Origin: Aplysia californica
Lineage: Eukaryota
Assembly: GCF_000002075.1 (NCBI RefSeq)
Contig: NW_004797705.1
Location: 176,727 to 240,726, forward strand
Reading direction: 5' to 3'
DNA length: 64,000 nucleotides
Positions 1 to 11,900 of this stretch are shown piece by piece. The translations under genes and the position numbers were made by a program. Positions within the stretch are counted from its first letter, which is position 1. Every line of letters begins with the position of its first letter. The notes under the pieces are model-generated. The model ran no database searches. It had not been told where the DNA came from and worked only from the letters and a program-made list of their open reading frames with translations.

Positions 1-56
1 ATATATAAAGAAAAACAAGACATTATGAGAACTAATAATTTGTGGTGGATACATTT

Positions 57-1382
57 ACTGTCAAACCTGCCATGACGGCCAGCCGTACAAACGGCTACTT
101 TCCAATTCCCCCCTTGCGTTTTTTCAATACACATTAACTGTGTTAAACGATCACCTGTCCAACGCAGCCGCGACCACCTTTTCAACGCGGCCGTGACCAC
201 CTTATTTTATCAACTCATGGCCATATTTACCACCCCAAGACGGCCAGGCATGTCTTGCATCGCCCGATGCTCTGTCATAAATTTGTTATCGGCCCTTGAC
301 GCAGTGGATAGGCCATCATAATCCATTCACTTGTCGTTATGTTCTTGTTTGTTCCCCCAATGAATGTTTACCCAGGTTGACCCAATGGGTAACAATAAAT
401 TTTCAAGTGCTGATGAGAGAAGCATGTGATCTGTGATAACCTATAAAAGCCTCGCCTGCAACTCGTACACAAATCGTATCCGAGGTGACTGGTCACCTTT
501 TTTGTTTACCTTTTATAGTAACAAAGTAACTATGGACATTAACGTGAACTTTCTGCAGAAGCGTTGGTTGTTCTCTGAGTGGTTGTGACCCACATGTTTG
601 TTTTACCACGGCACTCGGTCTTCATTGTCTTACATTAATTAAATCCCCTTGCACAAAATCAGCATTTACTTACTTTATTCTTCCGCTTGTAGCGGTGGGT
701 GTCGCGGGGAGACACAGACGTCTGTCTGAAGCAAGGTGAGTGGCCTGTAGGAGGGACATCCCGTGAGCTCTGAGGGTGTCTGCTACAGATTCACTCCAGC
801 ATCGCCTTTATTCTTTTTCGTTGTCCGTTTTCCTCGCTAGGTCGTTTTCCATTTTGATCGGTCCGTTTGTGTCTCCTTTTATTTTCTTGAGCAATAATAA
901 TATCCACTGTCGGCCTGCTAAGCCAGTCGCAGTTTCACCTGAGCCCCGTTAGCCAGCAACATTTCAGGGTGACCCGGGTCGGCCTTCACGGCTAGCGTAA
1001 CGCCTCAGTGACTTAAGTCACACTGTACTTCACCCAAACCCAGCTATCCCCTACTTTGTTGAACTGTTTCCTTCTCCCACGATGTGGACGAGAGGTACAA
1101 AATAAACAGCAAAGAAAAAACTAACCCCCCTAAAAAAAAACTAATCATCAGAACAACAACAAAAAGAACCCTTCTTTCCACCCCTCCACCCCCCTTTTTC
1201 AAAAGAAAACAAAAACCCATTTGAATTCACCTTTTTACGGCATTCCAGCCCCGGTTTCAACCTCAGAGGGGAATGGTTTGCTTTCTTTATTTAGATCAGT
1301 TCTGCCTAAAACGGCCACCTGTGTTATATATGGCTATTTTTCTCCTTGACAATGGGTGGCCGTGTTACACCGGTCCGACTGA
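57..1382. mobile_element. Non-autonomous pogo/Tigger-like DNA transposon (degenerate TIRs)
   Basis: Left end tactgtcaaacctgccatgacggccagcc matches the reverse complement of the right end (ttcagtcggaccggtgtaacacggccaccc). Subterminal ACGGCC repeats; no transposase ORF. Confidence 0.6.
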
Positions 1383-1509
1383 ACATAAATATAGTCGAAA
1401 TTCGCATGAATTTTTTTTTTAATGAAAAGGGAAAGTGCTATTACAATACCTGAGTAGAGCATGCAGCGGAAGTGAAAGTAAAAATGATACTGTTACTGAT
1501 ACTGACGTA

Positions 1510-3241
1510 CAGCAGTCTCCGCCTAAGATCCCGGTGCTCAGGAGCAAGGAAAATGTTGGATCTTAGCCGACCAACCCAGGGAAGAATCTACGGTGACCCA
1601 TGTTAAGGCTCACAACCGGTAACATGGTCTCCCTCCACTCTAAAATGAACAGATGTGACCCCTGGGTGGGTTTATGAAATATATAGCGAACAAAGAGTGG
1701 TCAACCTTGATGACCAATCACAGTGACATGAGGCATGCCACTCACAGTGGCATGAGGCATGCCACGTACACTTAATCCTATAGAAGTGAATCTCAAGATC
1801 TATGCTATTCCAGTTGCCCCTCCCCTTTACCTGCCCAAAATTTATAGCGTTCCAGCTCTGACCGAGTTCCCCCGCCTTTGACATTACGCACCATTACGTT
1901 GTAATACAGTGGAGTCCACTTCTAACGAGTCCTGAAATAACAAGAAGTCTGTTGTTAAGACACTATTCTAAAACCCGTTTTTTCCCTTCTTTATCTTAGT
2001 AAATAAAATACTGCTATAGCACAATCAGACAAACACGCAAATCGGTTATAGCGGAATATTGCTGCTGCTGTGCACAGCGCATAGAGGCCAATTATACATA
2101 ATGTAAAATTTCGTCAGTTGAGAAACTTGTTGGTGATCTAGCAAAACAAAATATGGGAGAGCCCATATGTGTCAACAATGAAGGCTGCAGTGAATGAGGG
2201 AGAAGGGTATGGCATGTACAGACAAGCAGAACACATTGCGTGATAGGCCAACCTTGTCTAGATTGTCTAGGCCTACCATACCTCTCACTTCTCTGATATG
2301 GAGAGATCACAGTGCTGTGATGGATGGAATGAGAATGTGACGTGGGCAGGGTTTGGTGTGTACCCAATGTGTGCAAGCAGACAGAAAGCACCACAGGGTG
2401 TGGTAGGGTGGGGGACAACACAGCGGGCAAGTTAGCCTAGAACCCTTTCCTTCTGGTCGCAAACGCCGAGCTGTCAACATCGCTAGCACTAGAGAAAGAA
2501 ACTTGATTCGATTTTTGATCAAGTAAGACCTAGAGGTCACGTTGAACAAAATCATCATCAGGGGAGATAATAAAAAGGTACAAACAGAACACCGAACTCG
2601 TAGATTAGGCCTACATCATCATTTCCCTTGAGTTTATGACTGGATCCCTTATAACGAGAATCCTGCTAAAACGGACATTTCGCACAGGATTCCACTGTAA
2701 CACCAATTCAAATTTTTTCTGTTTCGCAAATTCAGGAATATCTAGAGAAAACTGCTGCAATAATCAGGGAAGAGCTCACAGATCGATGTGATCCCACCTG
2801 GAGCAAAAATGTAGGCCCTACCCACCCTGCGAGTGATGTAATTTTAGGCAGAGAGCTCAGACGCGAGTTTGATGTTTCGGGAAAACAAACGCGTCGGTCA
2901 GTTCACACTTCGGAGTGATCCCGTCTGGGGCAAACATTGTACCATTTCATAGAGTGTTACAACGCTTATGTGATCACATTCACGAGAGTCGCTGATCTTT
3001 GAAGCAACTGGCAGTTCATCAATGTCAACTTTTCACTCTTGGCTGTGCCCGACCACGTTTTTGTTCAGTAAATTATGATCTGAAATGCGGGATCTTAGCC
3101 GACTGTAGACCTTCAGAGTGAGTGAGAGCGGGATCTTTGTGGTGACTTTTGTATAGTAAAAATTCTGTTTTCTTTAAACAGCGGGATCTTAAATAAGCAA
3201 ATTGGGATTGTAAGCCGTGGGATCTTAGGCGGAGACTTCTG
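1510..3241. mobile_element. TA-flanked non-autonomous pogo/Tigger-like element
   Basis: TIRs CAGCAGTCTCCGCCTAAGATCCC / GGGATCTTAGGCGGAGACTTCTG, TA on both sides, repeated GGGATCTTAG subterminal motif. Confidence 0.85.
1907..2697. mobile_element. Tigger-like MITE nested in the 1510-3241 element
   Basis: TA|CAGTGGAGTCC ... GGATTCCACTG|TA, with internal TAACGAG-type subterminal motifs. Confidence 0.65.
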
Positions 3242-4764
3242 TATTTATATTTTTTAGGGAGTGCTTATTTAGGCCACATATGGCCTAAATAAGGTAAGGG
3301 AGGGGGGTTTAGCTTATAAGGCCACACATGCTCAAACTACCCTTTTCAGGCAACTGAGTTCGTTCCACTTTCATAATGGTGCACCTTTCTCATTTAGTAC
3401 GGTTTTGTCTCAGTGTACAACTTATAAATCATAACCATAATGAATATTGTAAAGAACAAAGCACAATACGCAAAATTTTGCTCAATCCCAATGGTTTGAA
3501 TGAGGGCCAGATTTTTCCTTCATGGAGGGGCAAAAGCTAGGCTACCATTTTGGCACACTTTGGTCAAGTGAAAAAGTCAAATCCTCCGAATGGACTTCCG
3601 GGTTAAATTTGGGGTATAAAAAGAGTGTACACTACGTGGCTGAGTCAAAGTTACACTATCTTTGCTTGAGTGACACTCTCTCGTACTGTCTCGTAGTAGT
3701 ACATGTAGGGTAGTAGGCCTAGCAGTAGTAGTAGCAAAGATCGTGTAGAGAATATTTGGTAGTAGATTCTATCTAGTAGGCAGTTTAGTGAAAGTGCTCA
3801 GGGCGAATCGGCCTCGATAAGCCCCGTAGACTTTTGTGATCGGCCACGAAGCCTCGTGTTTTGATGGGTCTAGATCTAAACAACTCAGTGTTATTCGCAC
3901 TGCCACATCCGACAGGCCTAGATCTACATCTTTTTAAAAGGAAAAGAAAGATCATCAAAATGGTTGAATTCGGTAGAACTAGAACTATTAAAATTTGCTT
4001 CTGAAAACAAGGCAATTTTTATACAAAGGCCATTTTTATAACTCGATGAAATAAAAACTACTGGTTGTGTACTGTGTTATTCTGTATAAAAATAAATTAT
4101 GAAACTTCAGGACGTATTATTATTTACCAGCATCTTTTGATGCCTGAGCTGTAGAGGTTGAAGTTATCACAACACTAATAGATCTAGTAAGAGGGTTAGG
4201 TAATAGGGCTTTCCGTAAAAAATGCATAGATCTACAAAAGCCGAACCACCGAATCGACCGGGCACCTCGCTCTCCCCTGCACACTGTGATAATGTGTTGC
4301 TGCGGTATCGCATTATTCAACTATTAATACGTGCGACTATGGCAATTGGGATGTACTGACTGAAAAAAATTCAGTTTTGTTTTTATTTTACCATATATTT
4401 GACTTTAATAGTGCAGGCGATAGCAAGATCTAGATTCCCTGTCTAGAATCAGTAGTAGCAGACCTATGCTAGAAGCAGCCAGAGAGCCTACAACTGCTAG
4501 ATCTAGATCTAACTTATTATTGCTATGCCTTTGGGCTTTGGAATTGAAATAAAACGAATTGCACAGTTCTAGTTACTTTTAGATTCAGCAAGTAACTGTA
4601 TTTCCAGAGTCAATAATAACAAATCTCAGCATAACAATCACTTTTACTTGTATTAGAATAATTAGATCCAACTTTTTTTTCTAAAATCTGTTTTGCGCAA
4701 ACTTAATATTTTCACTACTTGTAGAGCACAGAATTTACATTGTAAGCATCTGCTCAGTCTTTTA

Positions 4765-4892
4765 NNNNNNNNNNNNNNNNNNNNNNNNNNNNNNNNNNNN
4801 NNNNNNNNNNNNNNNNNNNNNNNNNNNNNNNNNNNNNNNNNNNNNNNNNNNNNNNNNNNNNNNNNNNNNNNNNNNNNNNNNNNNNNNNNNNN
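4765..4892. other. Assembly gap
   Basis: N run. Confidence 1.
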
Positions 4893-5073
4893 GATTTCGG
4901 GATATTTTTAAAACTCTTTTTTTCAACATGTCATAAAATCAAATTGTGCCATTTTCTTTGAAAAGAATAGCATTAGCAGTGGACTTTTTAGACAGCGAGT
5001 CTCTGATTCAATATTTTTTTTTTTAAATATGCTAATCAATGAAAATTGCAAATTGATAATAGTTTAGTCCTGT

Positions 5074-5968
5074 AGAGGATAGGTGGACTCTGGGGTCTGC
5101 AGAGGGAAATACTAGGTTTTAGGATGTGAACCCCGGAGTCACCATAGTGAAATAAGGTTTGGTTTAAGTTTAAGTAAGGATTGGTGGACCCCAGGGTCAA
5201 CGTAGTGATAAATAATCAGGTTTAAGGTGGACCCCGAGGTCTACCTAGCGAAATACTAGGTTTTAGGACAGGTGGACCCCGGGGTCACCGTAGTGAAACA
5301 AGTAGGTTTCTTTAAAGATTGGTGGACCCCGGGGTCAGCGTAGTGAAATAAGTAAGGTTAATTTTAAAAGGATTGGTGGACCCCGGAGTCACCATAGCTG
5401 TAGAGGAATAAGAAGGTTTAATTAAGGATTGGTGGACCCCCGGTACACCTTGATTAAACCTACTTATTTTACTACGGTGACCGCAGGTTCCACCTATTCT
5501 AAATACCTAACTAGTATTTCGTTAGGTAGACCCTGGGGTCCACCTTAAACCTACCTATTTCACTACGTTGACTCCAGGGTCCACCAATCCGTTAAAATTA
5601 AACCTAGATCTACATGTATTTATTTCACTACATTGACCCCAGGGTCCACCAATCCTTAATTAAACCTAGATCTACTGATTTCACTACGTTGACCCCGGGG
5701 TCCACCAATCCTTAATTAAACCAATATCTACTTATAATTTTGCTACGTTGACCACGGGCTCCACCAGTCCTACTATAAAATAAACTGAGATCTACTTATT
5801 TCACTATGTTGACCCCGGGGTCCATCAATCCTTAGTTAAACCTAGATCTACTACTTATTTCACTATGCTGACTCCGGGGTTCACATCCTAAAACCTAGCA
5901 TTTTGTTAGGTAGACCCCGGGGTCCACCTATCCTTTTGGCTAGATAGACCCCGTAGTCCGCCTATCCA
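5074..5968. mobile_element. Foldback element made of ~55-60 bp tandem units, forward in the left half and inverted in the right half
   Basis: Unit ggtggaccccggggtcaacgtagtgaaataagtaggttt repeats from ~5074 to ~5450; its reverse complement repeats from ~5450 to 5968. Confidence 0.8.
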
Positions 5969-6596
5969 CTTCCTTTATAATAACTGAAAACAATACATGC
6001 CAGTTGTAATGAATAGTGAAGAAAAATGCGGGGAAAAAAAGACAATGAGGTAGACTATAATTTGTCCAAAAAATTGCAAGTGCAAGTGAAGATCATAAAA
6101 TAATTTTGTTATTTTCTGGTCATCTTTCCCGGTTTATAAAAAAATTCCAGTGGGCCTACTACTAGATCTATGTATCTGAAGAACATTTTGCTTGCCTTTA
6201 TTAGCTTTTTTTCAGGTACATGAAAGCATAGAATATATATAGTTTCACACATATATATATGCACAATACTTTGAAAAAGAAAGATAAGGTCATTCTTGTT
6301 TTGTTTTTTTACGGAATCCGTTTTACGTTGAGAAAAGCGGTAAAAACAAGTTAAAAATTTTTAAGAATGCCCATAATATTAGTATTAGGAATCCGAAATT
6401 ACTACCTAGTTGGCTTACTCTTTAATAACCATGAGCAGTTAAGAAAAAAAAAGACAATGATATAGGATTTGTCTAAATATGACCATTAGCAATAAAGATG
6501 TTGCCCATTTTGTCCAATTATCCTTGTAGGTAAAATCACCCTGCACTGTACCTCAATAAGCACAAAAGGAATATTTCTGTGACTTTGTATAAAGGT

Positions 6597-6810
6597 GTGG
6601 CCTAAATAAGGTAAGGGAGGGGGGTTTAGCTTATTTAGGCCACAGGTGTGGCCTAAATAAGGTAAGGGAGGGGGGTTTAGCTTATTTAGGCCACAGGTGA
6701 GGCCTAAATAAGGTAAGGGAGGGGGGTTTAGCTTATTTAGGCCACCTGTGGCCTAAATAAGGTAAGGGAGGGGGTTTAGCTTATTTAGGCCATATGTGGC
6801 CTAAATAAGG
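6597..6810. repeat. Tandem array of ~4 copies of a 51-bp self-complementary unit
   Basis: GTGGCCTAAATAAG-gtaagggaggggggtttag-CTTATTTAGGCCAC-aggt; unit starts at 6597 and 6648. Confidence 0.95.
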
Positions 6811-8371
6811 TCACCCTATCCCATTTTTTATTGACTCTGATGAATTTAGAGCATGGCATGGCTTTGACTGATCACTGCATGGTTGCTGTGGCAATGTCAG
6901 ACTGAATTTCAACTGCTCAGCATTTAAAGACTTTGTCTTGTCACTTTTCAAAATGGCCTGTATGGCGGAGTCTTACGCGACAATTTAATTAAATTATTAT
7001 TAGTAGGCCCAAGTGAGTAAAAGTCTAACTTGGTTATAGATCGCTAAATTACATTCAGTTGCACAAATTAGATAAATATTACTCATGATATCATCAAGTT
7101 TTAAGGACTTAACCATGTCAGATAGGATGGTCAATTTTGGGTACACGTATCTCCTTCAACTAATATAATATGTCCTACATCAAGGCTTACAATAAAATAT
7201 TAACTGGAATTTATTGCTCATTATCCTATTACAGTAGAGTCATTTAAATCAAATCTGCAGGGCTGCCGGATTTGCTTCAGTTTTGCCGAGTTTTCATTTT
7301 AAAGGCTCAATAAGATTTTATTTAATCAGGGATTTTATTGTATTATTTTTATGGGGGTTTGCAGCTGTTTTGTCGATTTCCAACTTTTTTATGCAGCCAC
7401 TCAATTTCTAATAGTAATAGAAAGTAATGATGATTTTGTTTTGCAATTTTGGAATTATAATAATGTTCGAAGGCTTCTTGATTAAATTTTGAGGCTCGTA
7501 TGATCCATGCTTTAAAGTTTATGCCTGTGAGCAGCGTTTCTTGACTTGACAGTATAACGTCTTACTCTGCTGAGTGTTTTGTCTTGCAAAAACCAGTGAA
7601 CTGGCTGATAGGCAAGATGACACTGCTGTTTATCTGTAGAGGGAATCATAATTTTTTTGAATAGTACTGTCTTGAAGAGGAAAAAAATGGCTGCTAAAAT
7701 GGCCGTCTGATAGGGACACATAGTTAATGTTATATATATATGACTTCGCCAGTCCATTAAACGATGTTCCACTATGTTTTTATTCTACCTGATGGTCTGC
7801 CACTGGACAAGTCAAACAACTTTTAAGGTAAGGTCAAGGGTTTGGGGTAAAGTTAGCATTTGGGTCCTAATTGCCACCTTTTATTGACACAGCACAGGTT
7901 GACAGCAGTTATTCAAGCATCCCTCACAGTGAAACAGATTATTATGGTGGACTGTCAAGTGGACAAGCACCAATAACATTATGGCTGAGGTTTAGTGCCT
8001 TGAAAGTGGCAGAGATTTCACTATCGCCAGGTGTTAACACTGTAGTCTGGCTAAAATTTGCGTGAAAACAGGACACTTTACATAATGAATTTAAACAGAT
8101 CAGATCTGTAGTAAAGTATGTGTGGGCATGGATGACTCAAACACATCAGGAATTGACAAATATATATTTTTGACAACCTTTTTTCGGGTTAACCGATACA
8201 AAAATTAATGAGATATCAGTCGTGGAAAGGCAAACTGCTCGAGCTATCCATGATTTCGAGTTTTCTGTGTTTGTGTTATATCTGTGGCTGATGTTCTGAG
8301 TTTTTGTTCCTTATAGCCCCATGTAATCGGTGACCGTCTTTCTTTGTTTACCATCAGGCCTACAAACTGAA

Positions 8372-8883
8372 ATGGATGAGATTTCTCCAGAGGGAGAGAT
8401 TATCAAAGGCAACAGAGATGTACAAGATCTAGATCCTTTGAAGCAAGAGGATGCTTTTTCAAAGAAGAAAAAGAAACGGAAGCCCCTTAAGGAACAGCTA
8501 AAAGATCCTATCTACAAAAAGAAGCTTATAAATTCTTTGTGTATTTCCCTTGTTTTTCTTACTTTGGTGAGTATGTCTTGCTTTGCTAAAATTCTTACTG
8601 TTGCAGTGGTAATAAGATCTAAAAATCAAGTATCTTAAGTATCTTAGGGTATTGGATGTGAAATAAATACAGTCGAACCTGTCCTAGATTTAGTTTCAAG
8701 GGAGCCATCGAAATGTGTCTTAGACATTTTTCATCTTGGACAGAGGAATTGAGTGGGAAGATGAGTGTTCCCAGAAGGCCAGCGATACATGGTGGGATCA
8801 AGGTCCAAAGGCTGATTCTGTTTCTACCTAGGCCTGACCATGAGGTTAAGAAAATAGGCCTACATACTGTATGAAATCACAGA

Positions 8884-8966
<83 letters not shown>

Positions 8967-11900
8967 TTTGAAAGAATATAATGTTATGTTTATTAAAAAA
9001 GGTGGGATCCAGATTTTTGTTCAAATAATTCATATAATATATCCTTTCAAGTTTAGCATGCTTTGCTGCATTATCTTGTAGTTTCCACAGTCTTTTTGCT
9101 TTTGTTTTTCACAGGGCATGTGTATTGGTATGCATGGCCCAACTTTTTTAGACCTTCAGATCATCACCAACACAGATGTAGAGAGAGGGGCTGCATTTTT
9201 TACTGCTGGATCTATTGGTTACTTCATCGGATCCGTGGCCACTGGAGCTGTATATAACTATGTAAGAATAAACCTCCCTTGTTTCTTTTTTTTGAATGAT
9301 GTGTACCTTGTTCCCTCCTCATATTTGCTACCTTATGCCTCATGAATTCATAAACGTCTGAGGATATTTCTCCTCCCCAAGTTCTTCTTAGATGCCACCA
9401 AAATACAATTACTGTACTTTAAACCATGGGAGAAAGGGCAAATAGCTCTTTAAGAGGTTATGTTGCAAGGATTGGTTTGATGACAAAGGCCTATATTTAT
9501 AAGGCTGAAAGGAAGGTGGCGTGGAAGGTTTTAGTCAGACACATTTATTACTAGAGGCCAAGTACTGTTATTTAGCTCGTTCTTTACCTTTTCATCCCTT
9601 AATACACGTGTTCCTCTGGTGAAGTATAGATGAGTGGATTTTTCATAGAAGGAGTAGAATTAACAAGTGTAAAGGACTTTGCTTTATTTTGATGAGACGA
9701 TGCCAAAGAGAATGCTGAGAAAACGTAAATACTCTCAGTATCCAACCTTTTTTCCCATCATAGTCAGCACAAAAAGGGCTTTATTTTATAAAATCATGAA
9801 CTTGTTTTCGTTTTTCTCGTTGATTAATCATAGTTTGTAGTTTTCAGGTCCAACTGAATTTATTTTTTTTTCGACATGTATCCCTATTTTATCCTAATCC
9901 TAATGACTCTGTCCAATATTTTTGTTGTTGCTGTGTTTTTTAGGTGATTACTTTACATGCCTTTACATTAATGACATGTGCTGGCTCCATTGCCACTGCA
10001 GTTAAAAGTTAAAAATAGCAGAAGTGACAAGTATTTGACTTCTTTGTCTTTGCGAATAGTGCTTTGGAGATCTTCAGTTGACTTCATTCTCTTTTTTTTT
10101 TTCAGGTGAGCCAGAGTTTATTACTCTTCATAGGATCAACATTTCTAGGGGTGGTCTGCTGTATAACTCCATACTGCTCCCCATACGCTTTGATGATTTT
10201 TATCCGTGGTGCTGGGGGTGTGGCTTGTGGCTTTGTGGACACAAGTGAGTTGTTTCTACAAGTGGCCTGGTGCCTGAATTTTTCTTCTCCATTTTTATTT
10301 TTGCTGTTTTATGTGTAATCTCAGGGGTGGGTATGGTTTACTTCTTATTCTCTGTATGTTGTAATAATTATGTTCTCAAATGCTCTTTGAAAAGGTTTTC
10401 TTGGCCCTCACAAGAACTAGGGTTTTAGTGTTGATATTCCCTAGGTATCCTTGTCTGCTTTATAAAGTTTTGACATTATATTTTTAAAATGGGGTCTAAC
10501 AGGGTCTCTCAATGTAATTTTATTTTGATCAATTATTTCAAATTCTGAAATCCAGCCTGCATGTATATTTCTCCACTTGATACCGACAGAAGAAAATGGA
10601 ACACAGCGGACTGGGCCTTAAGAAATAAAATGTATAAAGTTTTGATTAAGTACCAATGCTTTGTACATAACGTGAAAAATTAATGTTTGAGTATTTCTCA
10701 TGAAAAACGAGAATGGGACGTCAAGTTTTCTTTCATTAGCAAACTATAGTCATTATAGGTTGATCTGCTTGTAGAAAATAGAGACAATGCTTTGAATTTT
10801 GAGTTAACTTTTTTTTCCCCTTCTGTTATTATTTCTAATATTTGTGAGGCATCATGGTGAAATCAGGCGCTCGTCAAAATAACGAAATCGGAGAATCAGG
10901 CGTATTTCCATCAGTTAAGCAATTTTATCAAATTTTAGCTTTTTGGCTCAACCCATTTTGTATGTCCATATAAAAACATATTTCTGTGTTAGGTTTATTG
11001 AAAAACATCTATTAAGGTAAATGCAAAAAAATATGTCATTTTTCAGTTTTTAAGTACTCTTTAGCTATTGGAGTTACCAAACTTTGGCGGCCATTTTCTC
11101 GCTTATTTCACCAATGAAACCAGTCGACCTCACCTTCTTCAATCGCAAATATCTTGACTGTTATTCATGATAAATGGATGTTTTTTTTATTGAAAGCAGG
11201 GCAAATGAATAAGCTTTCAGATGATACCAATTACTCCACATGCCTAAAAATTGACGAGTGCCTGATTCCACCACGTTGTGACACATTTGTTAGTTTGGCT
11301 GAAGGAGGACTGCCCACCTTTGGGAATTTGGCAAAATTGTTACAATTTTTTTTCTTCAATTTTACAAAACTATTGATTGCAATACCCCCAATTCCAATTT
11401 CTGAGAATTCCATTGTTATTTGACTACCTATCTTTTAAAGGAGAAAAACAATTAGACACCAATAGTCTTTGTCACTTCATCAAATGCAGCTGTCTAACTT
11501 TTGAACACCTTCTGTATATTGAGCCCTTGTTGCTGCTCAGCATCACTTAGCCCTTATAAAAATGTTAGTTGTGCCAAATCCAGGAGTTAAGCAGGCATTA
11601 GGTTTACAAGATGTAAAGAAATTAATTCCTTCGTTTTTGCATTAAGTTAACATTGTAAGCAAATAAGAGACTTAAGCTTGTAACATATTATGTCATTCCA
11701 AAGGTTTCTTTTGTTTTTCCGAGCAATAACTACCCCTTCCCCCACTTTTTTTTTTCTTAACGCAATAATGATGAGTCCCAATAGATGAAGTCCCTGTTTA
11801 CACTACATTTATCCTTTTATCCTTGAACTTCTAACCCTGTCTTTGACAACTCAGGGAAAAGGACTATCTACAGTGGGCTCCCCTCAAACGCACGTTTTCG

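Larger units (their letters stand above)
3255..6818. mobile_element. Foldback-type DNA element with TAGGG...CCCTA ends built from a 51-bp hairpin unit
   Basis: Left tagggagtgcttatttaggccacatatggcctaaataag matches the reverse complement of the right end tagggtgaccttatttaggccacatatggcctaaataag. Spans an assembly gap; superfamily not determined. Confidence 0.65.

Noticed and set aside
1717-1765. Short tandem duplication giving WHASCHC repeats in a 70-aa ORF
   Set aside because: Local duplication inside a MITE; no evidence of coding.
5074-5968. CRISPR-like repeat-spacer pattern
   Set aside because: Whole units are homologous and the array inverts at its midpoint, which indicates a foldback TE.
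6597-6810. CRISPR-like array (palindromic repeats at regular spacing)
   Set aside because: The intervening sequences are identical rather than unique spacers, there are no cas genes, and the context is eukaryotic.
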